Below, piece by piece: positions 9,104 through 18,200 of a DNA stretch of 49,856 nucleotides (position 1 is its first letter; every line of letters begins with the position of its first letter). Made by a program: the position numbers and the translations under genes. The notes under the pieces were generated by a model, which was given only the letters and a program-made list of their open reading frames with translations, did not search any database and was not told the DNA's origin. Source of the DNA: a virus (taxonomy: Duplodnaviria; Heunggongvirae; Uroviricota; Caudoviricetes); IMG/VR virus record IMGVR_UViG_3300029003_000089, one strand, 5' to 3'.

Positions 9104-9325
9104 ATGGCAGACATCATTGATTCAGCATCAGAAATAGAAGAATTACAGCGCAACACAGCAATAAAAATGCGCCGCCTGAACTACCTGGCTGTATCTGCCA
9201 CTCATTGTTGTGAGTGTGGCGATCCGATAGATGAACGAAGACGCCTGGCCGTTCAGGGTTGTCGGACTTGCGCCAGTTGCCAGCAAGATCTGGAGCTTAT
9301 CCGCAAACAAAGGGGGATTAAGTGA
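9104..9325 (+). CDS. TraR/DksA-type C4 zinc-finger protein
   Basis: 73 aa with CxxC...CxxC (CCECGDPIDERRR...CRTCASC). Confidence 0.6.
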   Translation: MADIIDSASEIEELQRNTAIKMRRLNYLAVSATHCCECGDPIDERRRLAVQGCRTCASCQQDLELIRKQRGIK

Positions 9326-9651
9326 TGGCTAACCTGCAACTTGCTGTTAAAAGTGAATACTTCGATGCCATGATTCGCGGAGAGAAAACGGAAGAGTATC
9401 GCTTGTGTAATGACTACTGGAATAAGCGAATTATGTTCCGGGAATATGACCGCCTGATTATCACAAAGGGATATCCGAAGCGCGACGATTCCAGTCGCAG
9501 AATTGATGTTCCGTATGACGGATATGAAGTGAAGACAATCACACATCCGCACTTTGGCGATAAACCGGTAAAGGTGTTCGCTATAAAGGTGAATATCAGC
9601 ACTGAATATCAATCCGCACAACACAAGGTCAAGAATGTTCAGAGTGATTGA
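9322..9651 (+). CDS. Hypothetical protein
   Basis: 109 aa ORF, start overlaps previous stop. Confidence 0.4.
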   Translation: MMANLQLAVKSEYFDAMIRGEKTEEYRLCNDYWNKRIMFREYDRLIITKGYPKRDDSSRRIDVPYDGYEVKTITHPHFGDKPVKVFAIKVNISTEYQSAQHKVKNVQSD

Positions 9652-9874
9652 CCCTAACACCTGGTACGTCGACCACCACGGCACTCCCTGCAAAATCCTG
9701 CGTTCTACCCACAACAAAGTTCACTACATCCGAAAAGGCAGAACATGTATCGCCAGCATGTTCCGCTTTAATCATGACTTTGAACCTGTGAATAAAGCTG
9801 ATGCAGATCGGATAGCAGAAGAGATCGAAACGGCAGAACACATTAAGAAGTTACGTGACATGCGCAGGAAATAG
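9635..9874 (+). CDS. Hypothetical protein
   Basis: 79 aa ORF. Confidence 0.35.
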   Translation: MFRVIDPNTWYVDHHGTPCKILRSTHNKVHYIRKGRTCIASMFRFNHDFEPVNKADADRIAEEIETAEHIKKLRDMRRK

Positions 9875-10013
9875 AAAAATTGATAAATTCAATACTGCAT
9901 TTCTCAGCATTAAATTTATCTCTATGACCAGTCAAGAGATGTACCTGCCATGAGCTTAATATCATGTCAGATATATCGGTCACAAACTCCCTCAGCAGCT
10001 AAGAGGAGGACAA

Positions 10014-10250
10014 ATGTCTCGACTAATCACTTTACAGGACTGGGCTAAAGAAGAATTTGGGGACTTAGCACCAAGTGAGCGAGTTCTGAAAAAATACGCG
10101 CAAGGGAAAATGATGGCCCCACCCGCTATAAAAGTTGGTCGCTACTGGATGATTGACCGAAATTCCCGTTTTGTAGGAACGCTTGCAGAACCGCAACTCC
10201 CAATAAACGCAAACCCAAAACTCCAAAGGATAATCGCTGATGGCTGCTAG
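10014..10250 (+). CDS. xis: Excisionase (Xis-like)
   Basis: 78 aa; TLQDWAKE...RVLKKYA...PPAIKVGRYW resembles lambda Xis; overlaps int start; SD aggagg upstream. Confidence 0.6.
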   Translation: MSRLITLQDWAKEEFGDLAPSERVLKKYAQGKMMAPPAIKVGRYWMIDRNSRFVGTLAEPQLPINANPKLQRIIADGC

Positions 10251-11382
10251 ACCCCGATCTCACAAAATCTCTATACCCAATTTATATTGCAAATTAGATA
10301 AGCGAACCGGAAAGGTATATTGGCAATACAAACATCCACTATCCGGTCGTTTTCATAGCTTAGGAACTGATGAGAATGAAGCAAAACAAGTTGCTACTGA
10401 AGCAAATACCATTATTGCTGAACAACGTACCAGACAAATATTAAGCGTCAATGAGCGTCTGGAAAGAATGAAAGGCAGGCGCTCAGACATTACGGTGACA
10501 GAATGGCTTGATAAATATATTTCTATCCAAGAGGACAGGCTGCAACATAATGAACTAAGACCCAACTCCTATCGGCAAAAAGGCAAACCCATTCGTCTTT
10601 TCCGTGAGCATTGTGGAATGCAACACCTCAAGGATATTACCGCACTTGATATTGCCGAAATAATTGATGCTGTAAAGGCTGAAGGTCATAACAGGATGGC
10701 GCAAGTCATGAGAATGGTGTTGATCGACGTCTTCAAAGAAGCACAACACGCAGGACATGTTCCGCCAGGATTTAACCCAGCGCAGGCAACAAAACAACCG
10801 CGAAATCGAGTAAACCGCCAAAGATTGTCACTGCCCGAATGGCAGGCAATATTTGACAGCGTAAGCAGACGGCAGCCCTATTTAAAATGCGGCATGCTAC
10901 TTGCTCTTGTTACTGGACAACGTTTAGGCGATATCTGCAATTTGAAATTCTCTGATATATGGGACGACATGTTGCACATTACTCAGGAAAAAACCGGTTC
11001 AAAACTTGCTATTCCGCTTAACCTGAAATGCGATGCTCTGAATATTACCCTTCGTGAAGTTATATCTCAGTGCAGGGATGCTGTTGTTAGTAAATATCTG
11101 GTCCATTACCGTCACACTACCTCTCAAGCAAACAGAGGAGACCAGGTTTCTGCAAATACTCTGACAACGGCTTTTAAAAAGGCCCGGGAAAAATGTGGCA
11201 TAAAATGGGAGCAAGGAACTGCGCCCACATTTCATGAGCAGCGATCTCTGTCAGAACGGTTATATCGGGAACAGGGTCTGGATACGCAAAAGTTGTTAGG
11301 CCATAAATCCAGAAAAATGACCGACCGATACAATGATGATCGTGGTAAAGACTGGATTATCGTAGATATCAAAACAGCATAG
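10240..11382 (+). CDS. int: Tyrosine integrase, e14 IntE family (icd-targeting)
   Basis: 380 aa; clear paralog of the second integrase at 47603-48730 (shared blocks MAARPR, LLALVTGQRLGDI, KFSDIWDD, TFHEQRSLSERLY, LLGHK); adjacent to icd 3' fragment. Confidence 0.9.
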   Translation: MAARPRSHKISIPNLYCKLDKRTGKVYWQYKHPLSGRFHSLGTDENEAKQVATEANTIIAEQRTRQILSVNERLERMKGRRSDITVTEWLDKYISIQEDRLQHNELRPNSYRQKGKPIRLFREHCGMQHLKDITALDIAEIIDAVKAEGHNRMAQVMRMVLIDVFKEAQHAGHVPPGFNPAQATKQPRNRVNRQRLSLPEWQAIFDSVSRRQPYLKCGMLLALVTGQRLGDICNLKFSDIWDDMLHITQEKTGSKLAIPLNLKCDALNITLREVISQCRDAVVSKYLVHYRHTTSQANRGDQVSANTLTTAFKKAREKCGIKWEQGTAPTFHEQRSLSERLYREQGLDTQKLLGHKSRKMTDRYNDDRGKDWIIVDIKTA

Positions 11383-11392
11383 AAAATAGCCA

Positions 11393-11433
11393 GTTTTGGG
11401 GAAGGGTTTTGGGGAAAGTTTTGGGGAAGATTT
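11393..11433. repeat. Three tandem TTTTGGGGAA repeats, candidate integrase arm-type sites
   Basis: agttttggggaagggttttggggaaagttttggggaag immediately after int stop and near the att/icd junction. Confidence 0.4.
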
Positions 11434-11458
11434 TACATCATCATAAAACAACGGGCGT

Positions 11459-11482
11459 GTTATACGCCCGTTTCAATATTTA
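11459..11482. terminator. Bidirectional hairpin between convergent int and icd fragment
   Basis: acgggcgt gttat acgcccgt with T-rich flanks on both strands. Confidence 0.5.
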
Positions 11483-11500
11483 ACACATGTAGTGATTACA

Positions 11501-11660
11501 TATTCTTGATGATCGCGTCACCAAACTCTGAACATTTCAGCAGTTTAGCGCCTTCCATCAGACGTTCGAAGTCATAGGTTACGGTCTTGGCATTGATTGC
11601 GCCTTCCATACCTTTAACAATCAGGTCAGCCGCTTCAGTCCAACCCATATGGCGCAGCAT
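11501..11660 (-). pseudogene. icd: icd (isocitrate dehydrogenase) 3'-terminal fragment, att-associated duplicate
   Basis: Minus-strand translation [58 protein letters not shown] matches remembered Icd C-terminus; upstream frame closed by stop. Confidence 0.8.
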
Positions 11661-11893
11661 TAGTTAGATGACTAAATCGTAACTATTTGACATAGCAACA
11701 TAATTTTACTAATTTGCATATAACTCATTAGCCCTTAGCATTTCTATAACTCATTGATTATAAACATGTGTTTTTGAGTTTTGATAACCATTTTTAGCAT
11801 AAAAATAGCAGTTAACATTTGCAGAAGTTAAGATCAGAGAAAAATTTTACCCTGTAGGGTATTACGTCTTAAATGTGACTTTAATAAATAATT

Positions 11894-12727
11894 TTATTTC
11901 TGTAATCGGTTTATATTAACGTAAAGCATCTCGATTAGTTCTTTTGCATTTTTACTATAGTGCAATTCTCTATGGCAATTCGGACAAAGGGCAACACAGT
12001 TATCTGTTGTATCAGCACCACCTGAAGACAGGGGAATTACATGATGCACTTCCAAATATGGGTTTCCATCATTTAAATAAAACGGAGCATTTTTACCACA
12101 GTTTTCACATATACCTTTACTTTGCTGTAAAATCCAAGCTTTTACCATCGGGTCTCGGACATAAACTTTTTGTAGTCTTTCTACCTCAACTGGTTTCCTA
12201 GAGCCCTCGGGTTGACTCAACGTTTTCTTAATTAATTTACTAACCCTCATATTCAGAAGCGATTCATCATCTGTAGGCTGTGAAAGCTCTGATAGTTCTC
12301 CACGTATTATAGACGCCCAAAAACTGTCACTATAAATACCTGGAACATTTATCAATATTCGTTTCGTTCTATTGCCGGAAGGAATTTCCTTTCTCCCCGT
12401 ACGACTAAAATAAGCCTGATAACCACACATCTTCAAGCGTATATCGCGGGGGCTATTACCAATCAAAGTAAAATATTCACCAGGATGGATTTTTCTTTCA
12501 TCCAAAGAATGCATATGTTTTCTGACTGATGATGACGCCAGATATACTACGACTTGGGATACACCAGAATCAACCAACCGTTCAATGATATAATCAAGAG
12601 CGATATTGTAATCTTTGTTTCTGTCACCCGGCCCCCACGACTCAAGGATTAGACCATAAACACCATCCTCTTCACCTATCGAACACTCAGCTTTCAGTTC
12701 AATTCCATTATTATCAAAAACATGCAT
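11894..12727 (-). CDS. mcrA: McrA, 5-methylcytosine-specific HNH restriction endonuclease
   Basis: 277 aa; matches remembered e14 McrA including C-terminal HNH motif (EVHHVIPLSSGG...CPNCH); AT-rich gene. Confidence 0.9.
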   Translation of the reverse strand: MHVFDNNGIELKAECSIGEEDGVYGLILESWGPGDRNKDYNIALDYIIERLVDSGVSQVVVYLASSSVRKHMHSLDERKIHPGEYFTLIGNSPRDIRLKMCGYQAYFSRTGRKEIPSGNRTKRILINVPGIYSDSFWASIIRGELSELSQPTDDESLLNMRVSKLIKKTLSQPEGSRKPVEVERLQKVYVRDPMVKAWILQQSKGICENCGKNAPFYLNDGNPYLEVHHVIPLSSGGADTTDNCVALCPNCHRELHYSKNAKELIEMLYVNINRLQK

Positions 12728-12833
12728 AATATTAATCTTTAATCAATTTTTCACGACAATACTACTTTTATTGATAAAATTGCAACAAGTTGCTGTTGTT
12801 TTACTTTCTTTTGTACACAAAGTGTCTTTAACT

Positions 12834-13388
12834 TTATTTATCCCCTGCAGGAAACCTCTTATACAAAGTTGACACACCAACATCATAGATAATCGCCACC
12901 TTCTGGCGAGGAACTCCTGATGCAATTAATCGTCCGGCCTGTTCCCATTGTTCTGGTGTAAGTTTGGGACGACGTCCACCAATTCGTCCCTGTGCGCGAG
13001 CAGCTTCCAGTCCAGCTTTTGTTCTTTCAACAATCAGTTCACGCTCCATTTCAGCCAGGGCACCCATCACATGAAAGAAAAAGCGCCCCATTGGGGTACT
13101 GGTATCAATTGAATCCGTCAGACTACGAAAGTTGATGCCTCGTTCGCGCAACTCCTCCACCAGCACGACAAGATGCCGCATACTGCGCCCCAGTCGGTCC
13201 AGTTTCCAGACCACCAGCGTATCACCTGCCGATAATGTCCTGAGCAGTTTTTTCAGTCCCGGCCTTTCGGACTTTGTACCGCTTATCTTGTCTTCAAAAA
13301 TCAGCTCGCATCCTGCACAGTTCAGCGCATTACGTTGTAGATCTGTGTTCTGGTCATTTGTTGACACACGTACATAGCCAATAAGCAT
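12834..13388 (-). CDS. pin: Pin DNA invertase (serine recombinase, Hin/Gin/Cin family)
   Basis: Translation from internal Met MLIGYVRVSTNDQ (184 aa) matches remembered e14 Pin; adjacent to hix-like site. Confidence 0.9.
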   Translation of the reverse strand: MLIGYVRVSTNDQNTDLQRNALNCAGCELIFEDKISGTKSERPGLKKLLRTLSAGDTLVVWKLDRLGRSMRHLVVLVEELRERGINFRSLTDSIDTSTPMGRFFFHVMGALAEMERELIVERTKAGLEAARAQGRIGGRRPKLTPEQWEQAGRLIASGVPRQKVAIIYDVGVSTLYKRFPAGDK

Positions 13389-13442
13389 GGTAGATCTCCC
13401 TGACAAAAGCAGGAATGATGCCATTTGCTCGTTATTTCTGCA

Positions 13443-13468
13443 TTTTCATAAACGTTGGTTTGGGAGAA
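13443..13468. repeat. hix/gix-like recombination site (left end of invertible tail-fibre segment)
   Basis: TTTTCATAAACG TT GGTTTGGGAGAA; right half identical to the inverted copy at 15301-15326. Confidence 0.7.
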
Positions 13469-13948
13469 GGCTCAGCATTACCCGTTGGTGTGCCTGTTCC
13501 GTGGCCTTCAGCCACTCCGCCAACAGGCTGGCTGAAATGCAACGGAGCAGCTTTTTCTGCTGAAGAATACCCGGAACTGGCAAAGGCTTATCCGACAAAT
13601 AAATTACCTGATTTACGCGGTGAGTTTATTCGTGGCTGGGATGACGGACGTGGAGTGGATAACGGAAGGGGATTATTAACGCTTCAGGACGGTGCGATTG
13701 TCAGTCATAACCACTATTGGGGAATCTGGACTTCACGAACTAACGACCAGACTCTGGGAAGTTTTACAGGCACCACGATTTTAAAACAAATCACGCCCCT
13801 GTCTCCGGCCATTGACTTCGATAATTACCCAATTCCCAACCCGGCTATTACAGAGGGTGGTGTTGTTGCGGCAACGACTAAACCTGCAGGTGCGAATGAA
13901 ACACGCCCACGAAATGTCGCTTTTAACTATATTGTGAGGGCTGCATAA
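13457..13948 (+). CDS. Alternative tail-fibre C-terminal segment (silent orientation inside invertible segment)
   Basis: Frame continues GLGEGSALPVG... from the crossover core, exactly in frame with the constant fibre N-terminus ...ALENLGLGE after inversion; ORF track 13415-13948. Confidence 0.7.
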   Translation, partial: GLGEGSALPVGVPVPWPSATPPTGWLKCNGAAFSAEEYPELAKAYPTNKLPDLRGEFIRGWDDGRGVDNGRGLLTLQDGAIVSHNHYWGIWTSRTNDQTLGSFTGTTILKQITPLSPAIDFDNYPIPNPAITEGGVVAATTKPAGANETRPRNVAFNYIVRAA

Positions 13949-14550
13949 TGAATAACGCAGAATTAAACAGTGAATTAATTGCCACTATGGCAGGAGAAAT
14001 TACTGTTTATAACTTTGACGTCATGAGTCGGGAGTATATTTCAGCTTCAACTGAATATCTTGCTGTTGGTGTCGGCATTCCGGCATATTCCTGTTTAGAT
14101 GCTCCAGGCACCTACAAAGCTGGTTATGCAATCTGCCGCTCTGCAGATTTTAACTCATGGGAATATGTACCAGACCATCGCGGTGAAATCGTCTATAACA
14201 CCGAAACGGGAGACGCCAAAGAAATCACAACTCCGGGTGATTACCCCGAAAAAACAACCACTATCGCCCCGTTAACGCCATACGATAAATGGGATGGTGA
14301 GAAATGGGTGACGGATACTGAGACACAGCATAGCGCCGCAGTAGACGCGGCAGAAGCACAACGTCAGTCACTGATTGATACTGCAATGGCTTCCATTAGT
14401 CTGATTCAACTGAAATTGCAGGCCGGGCGGAAGCTGATGCAGGCAGAGACCACCCGACTTAACACTGTGCTGGATTACATTGACGCGGTGACGGCAACAG
14501 ATACCAGTACCGCGCCGGATGTCATCTGGCCTGAACTGCCGGAGGAGTAG
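13948..14550 (+). CDS. Tail fibre assembly protein (Tfa) for the alternative fibre
   Basis: 200 aa; C-terminal motif PDVIWPELPE shared with the other Tfa (PDIEWPTPP); downstream of alternative fibre segment. Confidence 0.75.
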   Translation: MNNAELNSELIATMAGEITVYNFDVMSREYISASTEYLAVGVGIPAYSCLDAPGTYKAGYAICRSADFNSWEYVPDHRGEIVYNTETGDAKEITTPGDYPEKTTTIAPLTPYDKWDGEKWVTDTETQHSAAVDAAEAQRQSLIDTAMASISLIQLKLQAGRKLMQAETTRLNTVLDYIDAVTATDTSTAPDVIWPELPEE

Positions 14551-14953
14551 GCCATTCAATATCTGGCGCACTGGAAGTATCGACCAGTTCCAGTGCGTCC
14601 AGATAATCCAGCCACAAATTATATTGCGCCAGTTCCTCACCTTTCAGACGACCAATCGCCGCTTTACCAGGCCATTGTTTACTGTTCATGTATTCGTTGG
14701 CCTGATTAACTAATCGCTGTTTATTTGATTCAGCGATTGAGATTAATTCTTCGCTGGTAAGTGGTGGCGCATCCTGCCATGCTGGAAAACCATTTTTATC
14801 TGAACCAAGTATTTTACCATCAGGCCATGCAACTCCTGCGAACTCAGAATAAATAGTAAAGTTTATTTTCGTAGCGTTCTCAGGAATGGTTTGGCTATCT
14901 GGTGAAATATAAAATCCCGAATCAGAGGGATTAAAATAATATGTCTTTTCCAT
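14522..14953 (-). CDS. Tail fibre assembly protein (Tfa) for the currently expressed fibre
   Basis: 143 aa; Tfa-like; immediately downstream of tail fibre gene. Confidence 0.75.
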   Translation of the reverse strand: MEKTYYFNPSDSGFYISPDSQTIPENATKINFTIYSEFAGVAWPDGKILGSDKNGFPAWQDAPPLTSEELISIAESNKQRLVNQANEYMNSKQWPGKAAIGRLKGEELAQYNLWLDYLDALELVDTSSAPDIEWPTPPAVQAR

Positions 14954-14955
14954 AG

Positions 14956-15603
14956 TTAATACCCCACAGCCATCCAGTAAATTGAATTTGTTGTAGCAGA
15001 AGTGTAAGTAAATCTGATTTTAGTTCTGTTGGTACTTCCAATATCAAAGCCCACAGAACGGGCAGAAGGATCATTAGTTGAAATAAGAGCGTTTACCGAA
15101 CGACAAGCAGCAGGGAAAGCTACAGGTAATGTTATATCAACTGTTCCAACACTTCCTCCGGTTGGTGAGACAGAAAAACTCCCCCATTGAATAATCATCC
15201 CCCCAGGTAATTTCTGGTATCCATTGGCGGTCAATGAGTTACCAAAGCTGTTCATATCCGGTACCTGATTTTCTCCTGTCCCCACATTCCTCTTTGCCGC
15301 TTCTCCCAAACCAAGGTTTTCGAGAGCTGTTTTCACCGTGCCATCCGATTTGATATCGCCAAACGGATTCTTGCGGCTTAACAGCAGCGCACGAAGCGCG
15401 GTAAGCAGCTGGTCATGCCGCCCCTTCTCCAGGCTGGCACCGGATGCCTCCACAACGCTGCAAAGCTCCTCCTGCAACATGTCAAAGTAGTCATCATCCA
15501 GATCAGTGGCAGGCGTGCCGGTCTGGGGGTTACCACGGGTAAAACCGTTCTTACCCGCGCCGAACTTATCCTTCTGCGCGGTTTTCGTGTCTATACGATG
15601 CAT
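14956..15603 (-). CDS. Tail fibre protein (constant N-terminus 15603-15315 fused to variable C-terminus within invertible segment)
   Basis: 215 aa; hix-like site lies inside the coding sequence at the LGLGE codons. Confidence 0.8.
   Translation of the reverse strand: MHRIDTKTAQKDKFGAGKNGFTRGNPQTGTPATDLDDDYFDMLQEELCSVVEASGASLEKGRHDQLLTALRALLLSRKNPFGDIKSDGTVKTALENLGLGEAAKRNVGTGENQVPDMNSFGNSLTANGYQKLPGGMIIQWGSFSVSPTGGSVGTVDITLPVAFPAACRSVNALISTNDPSARSVGFDIGSTNRTKIRFTYTSATTNSIYWMAVGY
15301..15326. repeat. hix/gix-like recombination site (right end of invertible segment)
   Basis: TTCTCCCAAACC AA GGTTTTCGAGAG, same half-site layout as remembered hixL TTCTTGAAAACCAAGGTTTTTGATAA. Confidence 0.75.
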
Positions 15604-15606
15604 GGA

Positions 15607-16191
15607 TTACTCCGGATATTTAAAAATCACATAGGTATGCGACGGGCAGAGTTTGTTAAGCACACACTCGACAACGGTGTCGCCCCATATACGCAGCGCG
15701 GAATCACAGGGATCGCCACATGTCATCCAGGTGGTGTTGGTGGCGGCTGGCATGTTGACCTGCCAGTAATACCGCCATTCAGGCGCATTCACCGCGTCAG
15801 TACAGGCCGATGAGCAGGTGAATGTGCTTTTGTCGTATCGCGTGATGTTGGCATCCGGTCTGCCCAGGGCAGCAAGCTGTGCAAGATAAAAATTCTCGTT
15901 GATGCCGCCCGCCAGGTTAACCTTCGCATCCAGCCGTTGCTGACGCTGGCGAAGGGTCTGTGTCCCTGTAGGAATACATTCATCCGGCAGGCCGCACAGA
16001 CGCTCCCAGCGATTTATCAGTTCAGTGGTGGTGCGCGGATCCAGCTCCCGCATCAGGGCATCCGCACGCTGATGAACGCGGGTTAATGACGGTGCCGCAC
16101 CGGCAATCGCCGGATCGCTGGCTGACCACGCCGGACCGGGCGGCAACAGTGCTGACAACAGACGGATGTAATCATCGTTTGTCACGTCCAT
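15607..16191 (-). CDS. Tail/baseplate protein, Mu gp48-like
   Basis: 194 aa; position and size match Mu-like baseplate module. Confidence 0.6.
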   Translation of the reverse strand: MDVTNDDYIRLLSALLPPGPAWSASDPAIAGAAPSLTRVHQRADALMRELDPRTTTELINRWERLCGLPDECIPTGTQTLRQRQQRLDAKVNLAGGINENFYLAQLAALGRPDANITRYDKSTFTCSSACTDAVNAPEWRYYWQVNMPAATNTTWMTCGDPCDSALRIWGDTVVECVLNKLCPSHTYVIFKYPE

Positions 16192-17240
16192 GAAATCGCC
16201 CCCAGAACCGCCAGTTCATTTTTCGCAATGGTGATATTGTCCGCCGGTGCAAGCAACTGATGGCTGTATTCCCCGTTCGCACCGGAAATCGCTTCACTGA
16301 TACGTGACACCTTCAGTTCTCCCTGCGGATAACCATCACGCAGCAGGAACGAACGCAACTCCGCGGTGATGGCAGCCCGTATTTCCGGTGTGTCCGGCGT
16401 CACACGGATATGAAAATCCACCGTATGTGCCACCGGCCTGAACACATACAAATCAGAGCCTGCCACCGGGGCCAGTGGCCCGATATGTTGTCTTGCCGCC
16501 GTTTCCGTTGATTCTTCCGGAATGGGATTAATCAGGTCACTGCTGGCAATCATCACACCGACAGTCCCCGTTCCCATCCAGTGTCGGTATGTCCATGCGC
16601 GGGTAATGCCAGGCACTTCTTTAGCCCAGACGACATAGTCCCCGTCAGCCCCGCCCTGCGGCGTCCAGTAATACCGCTCAATGACGCGGGCGCGCCACGT
16701 TTCCAGCTCTTCAGTATCAAATCCGCCTGTCAGGGTGTCAGCCACACCGGAAGACGGCAGACCATTCACCGGCGTGACCAGGATTAATGCCGTACCGTCG
16801 TCAGCGTTACCGACCGCACCTGCACTTGAGCAGGCGATCGGCACGCGCAGGACACCACCGGAGCTGATTGCATCGTCAGTTGTCGTGTACTGCACCAGGT
16901 CATCGCGCTGAATAACACTCCCGGCAGTCACCTTCAGGCCATCGCTGACACCTTCCCAGCGCATATACCCGCTGGCAACCGTGGCTCCCTTGCGCGGACA
17001 CCGTTTCATCGCAGCATGTCGCGCCAGCCAGGACTCATCGCACAGGTCAGGCAGCATATTCATTGCCAGATAATCGATGTAACCGTAGACCGTATGCAGC
17101 GCCGCCGCATACACCTTTGCCCGCACGTCTTCATCCATGCGCCGGAGCGTGTCGCTGACGTCCAGCCTGGCGAATAAATCGTTACGGAGCATACTGATAT
17201 TTTCTGCCAGCGTCGGGCGCTGAAATTCACTGTCCGCCAT
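16182..17240 (-). CDS. Baseplate J-like protein (Mu gp47-like)
   Basis: 352 aa; gene order and size. Confidence 0.7.
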   Translation of the reverse strand: MADSEFQRPTLAENISMLRNDLFARLDVSDTLRRMDEDVRAKVYAAALHTVYGYIDYLAMNMLPDLCDESWLARHAAMKRCPRKGATVASGYMRWEGVSDGLKVTAGSVIQRDDLVQYTTTDDAISSGGVLRVPIACSSAGAVGNADDGTALILVTPVNGLPSSGVADTLTGGFDTEELETWRARVIERYYWTPQGGADGDYVVWAKEVPGITRAWTYRHWMGTGTVGVMIASSDLINPIPEESTETAARQHIGPLAPVAGSDLYVFRPVAHTVDFHIRVTPDTPEIRAAITAELRSFLLRDGYPQGELKVSRISEAISGANGEYSHQLLAPADNITIAKNELAVLGAISWT

Positions 17241-17655
17241 GCGTTATCGCACTCCACAGATCATCAAAAGAAATCATTACCGGTCCGTCACGACGCCAGA
17301 GAGTGATACTGTTACCCAGTTCATTAATCCCGGTGCGACGGATATCCAGATCAATACGGGACACCACGCCGTCATCAATCATCCATTGCAGGCATTCGCG
17401 GATATAACCCCTTACCGTCTGCACCAGCTGATTGGTCAGTTTGCTGCGCTGAAGCAGCCACAGTCGGGAGCCGTAACGGTCATTCTGTACCGCAGGCCAG
17501 GTATCCCCCCACCATCCCATCGGGACGTCGGCGTTGTCATCAGGCTCCGCCCGCCGCCAGGTAAACAGGGAAATCACCACGGCGCGGGTCAGCGGATCCA
17601 GCGGTGCGCTGGCGCAGGTGCGTTTACCGTTCACCGTCAGCCACAGTTCCATCAT
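17227..17655 (-). CDS. Baseplate protein, Mu gp46-like
   Basis: 142 aa; gene order and size. Confidence 0.6.
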   Translation of the reverse strand: MMELWLTVNGKRTCASAPLDPLTRAVVISLFTWRRAEPDDNADVPMGWWGDTWPAVQNDRYGSRLWLLQRSKLTNQLVQTVRGYIRECLQWMIDDGVVSRIDLDIRRTGINELGNSITLWRRDGPVMISFDDLWSAITHGGQ

Positions 17656-18200
17656 GCCTCCATCGCTTTATCAGGTTTGTCGGTGTTACTGCCCTGACCG
17701 TTCTCTCTGTGACGATGCCCGTTATAGGCAAGCCGCATCGCTGACATGGTGGTGCCGCCGGAGTCGCACAGGTCTTTCACCTGTCCTGTCACTTCCAGGT
17801 CCATTTCAAAACGTGCTTCAGGTGCATTGCGAAACGTGATCGTTTTACCTGCACCATCCACCACGATCCCCTCCCGGGTCAGCGTCACGGACTGCCCCTG
17901 ATCGTCATAGACCGCCACCTCACCCGTCTGCAGCCCTTTCAGGCGGTAGCGCCGGTCCGACACCGTAACAACTACCGCATGAGAACGGTCACCATCCGGA
18001 AACAACACCACCGCTTCCGCACCGCTGTTTGCCCTTGCGGTAAAACCGTAGGGTTCAAGATGTTCAACCCCGGCTTTGGGTTCACCGGCAATCAGGGACA
18101 CATCCACGGTCTGACATTTCGTGGCGGCACTGATGCTTTTCACCACGGCCCGCCCAATCAGGCCGAGGAGTTGTCGCTGCATGGCTTCAATCGTCCTCAT
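17652..18200 (-). CDS. Baseplate assembly/spike protein (Mu gp45-like)
   Basis: 182 aa; gene order and size. Confidence 0.6.
   Translation of the reverse strand: MRTIEAMQRQLLGLIGRAVVKSISAATKCQTVDVSLIAGEPKAGVEHLEPYGFTARANSGAEAVVLFPDGDRSHAVVVTVSDRRYRLKGLQTGEVAVYDDQGQSVTLTREGIVVDGAGKTITFRNAPEARFEMDLEVTGQVKDLCDSGGTTMSAMRLAYNGHRHRENGQGSNTDKPDKAMEA

Larger units (their letters stand above)
1411..11660. mobile_element. Prophage A: lambda-like early region with e14-type xis/int, ending at the icd fragment; left boundary and late genes not identified in window
   Basis: Contiguous phage early genes (P, O, cro/cI, Red, xis, int) followed by icd 3' fragment. Confidence 0.65.

Noticed and set aside
11393-11433. 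TTTTGGGGAA triple repeat as a telomere-like or simple-sequence artefact
   Set aside because: Its position immediately next to an integrase gene and the att/icd junction makes integrase arm-type binding sites the more economical explanation; still unverified.
11383-11500. tRNA gene as integration target near the int genes
   Set aside because: No tRNA-like T-arm/acceptor motifs seen near either int; the att-associated sequence is an icd 3' fragment.
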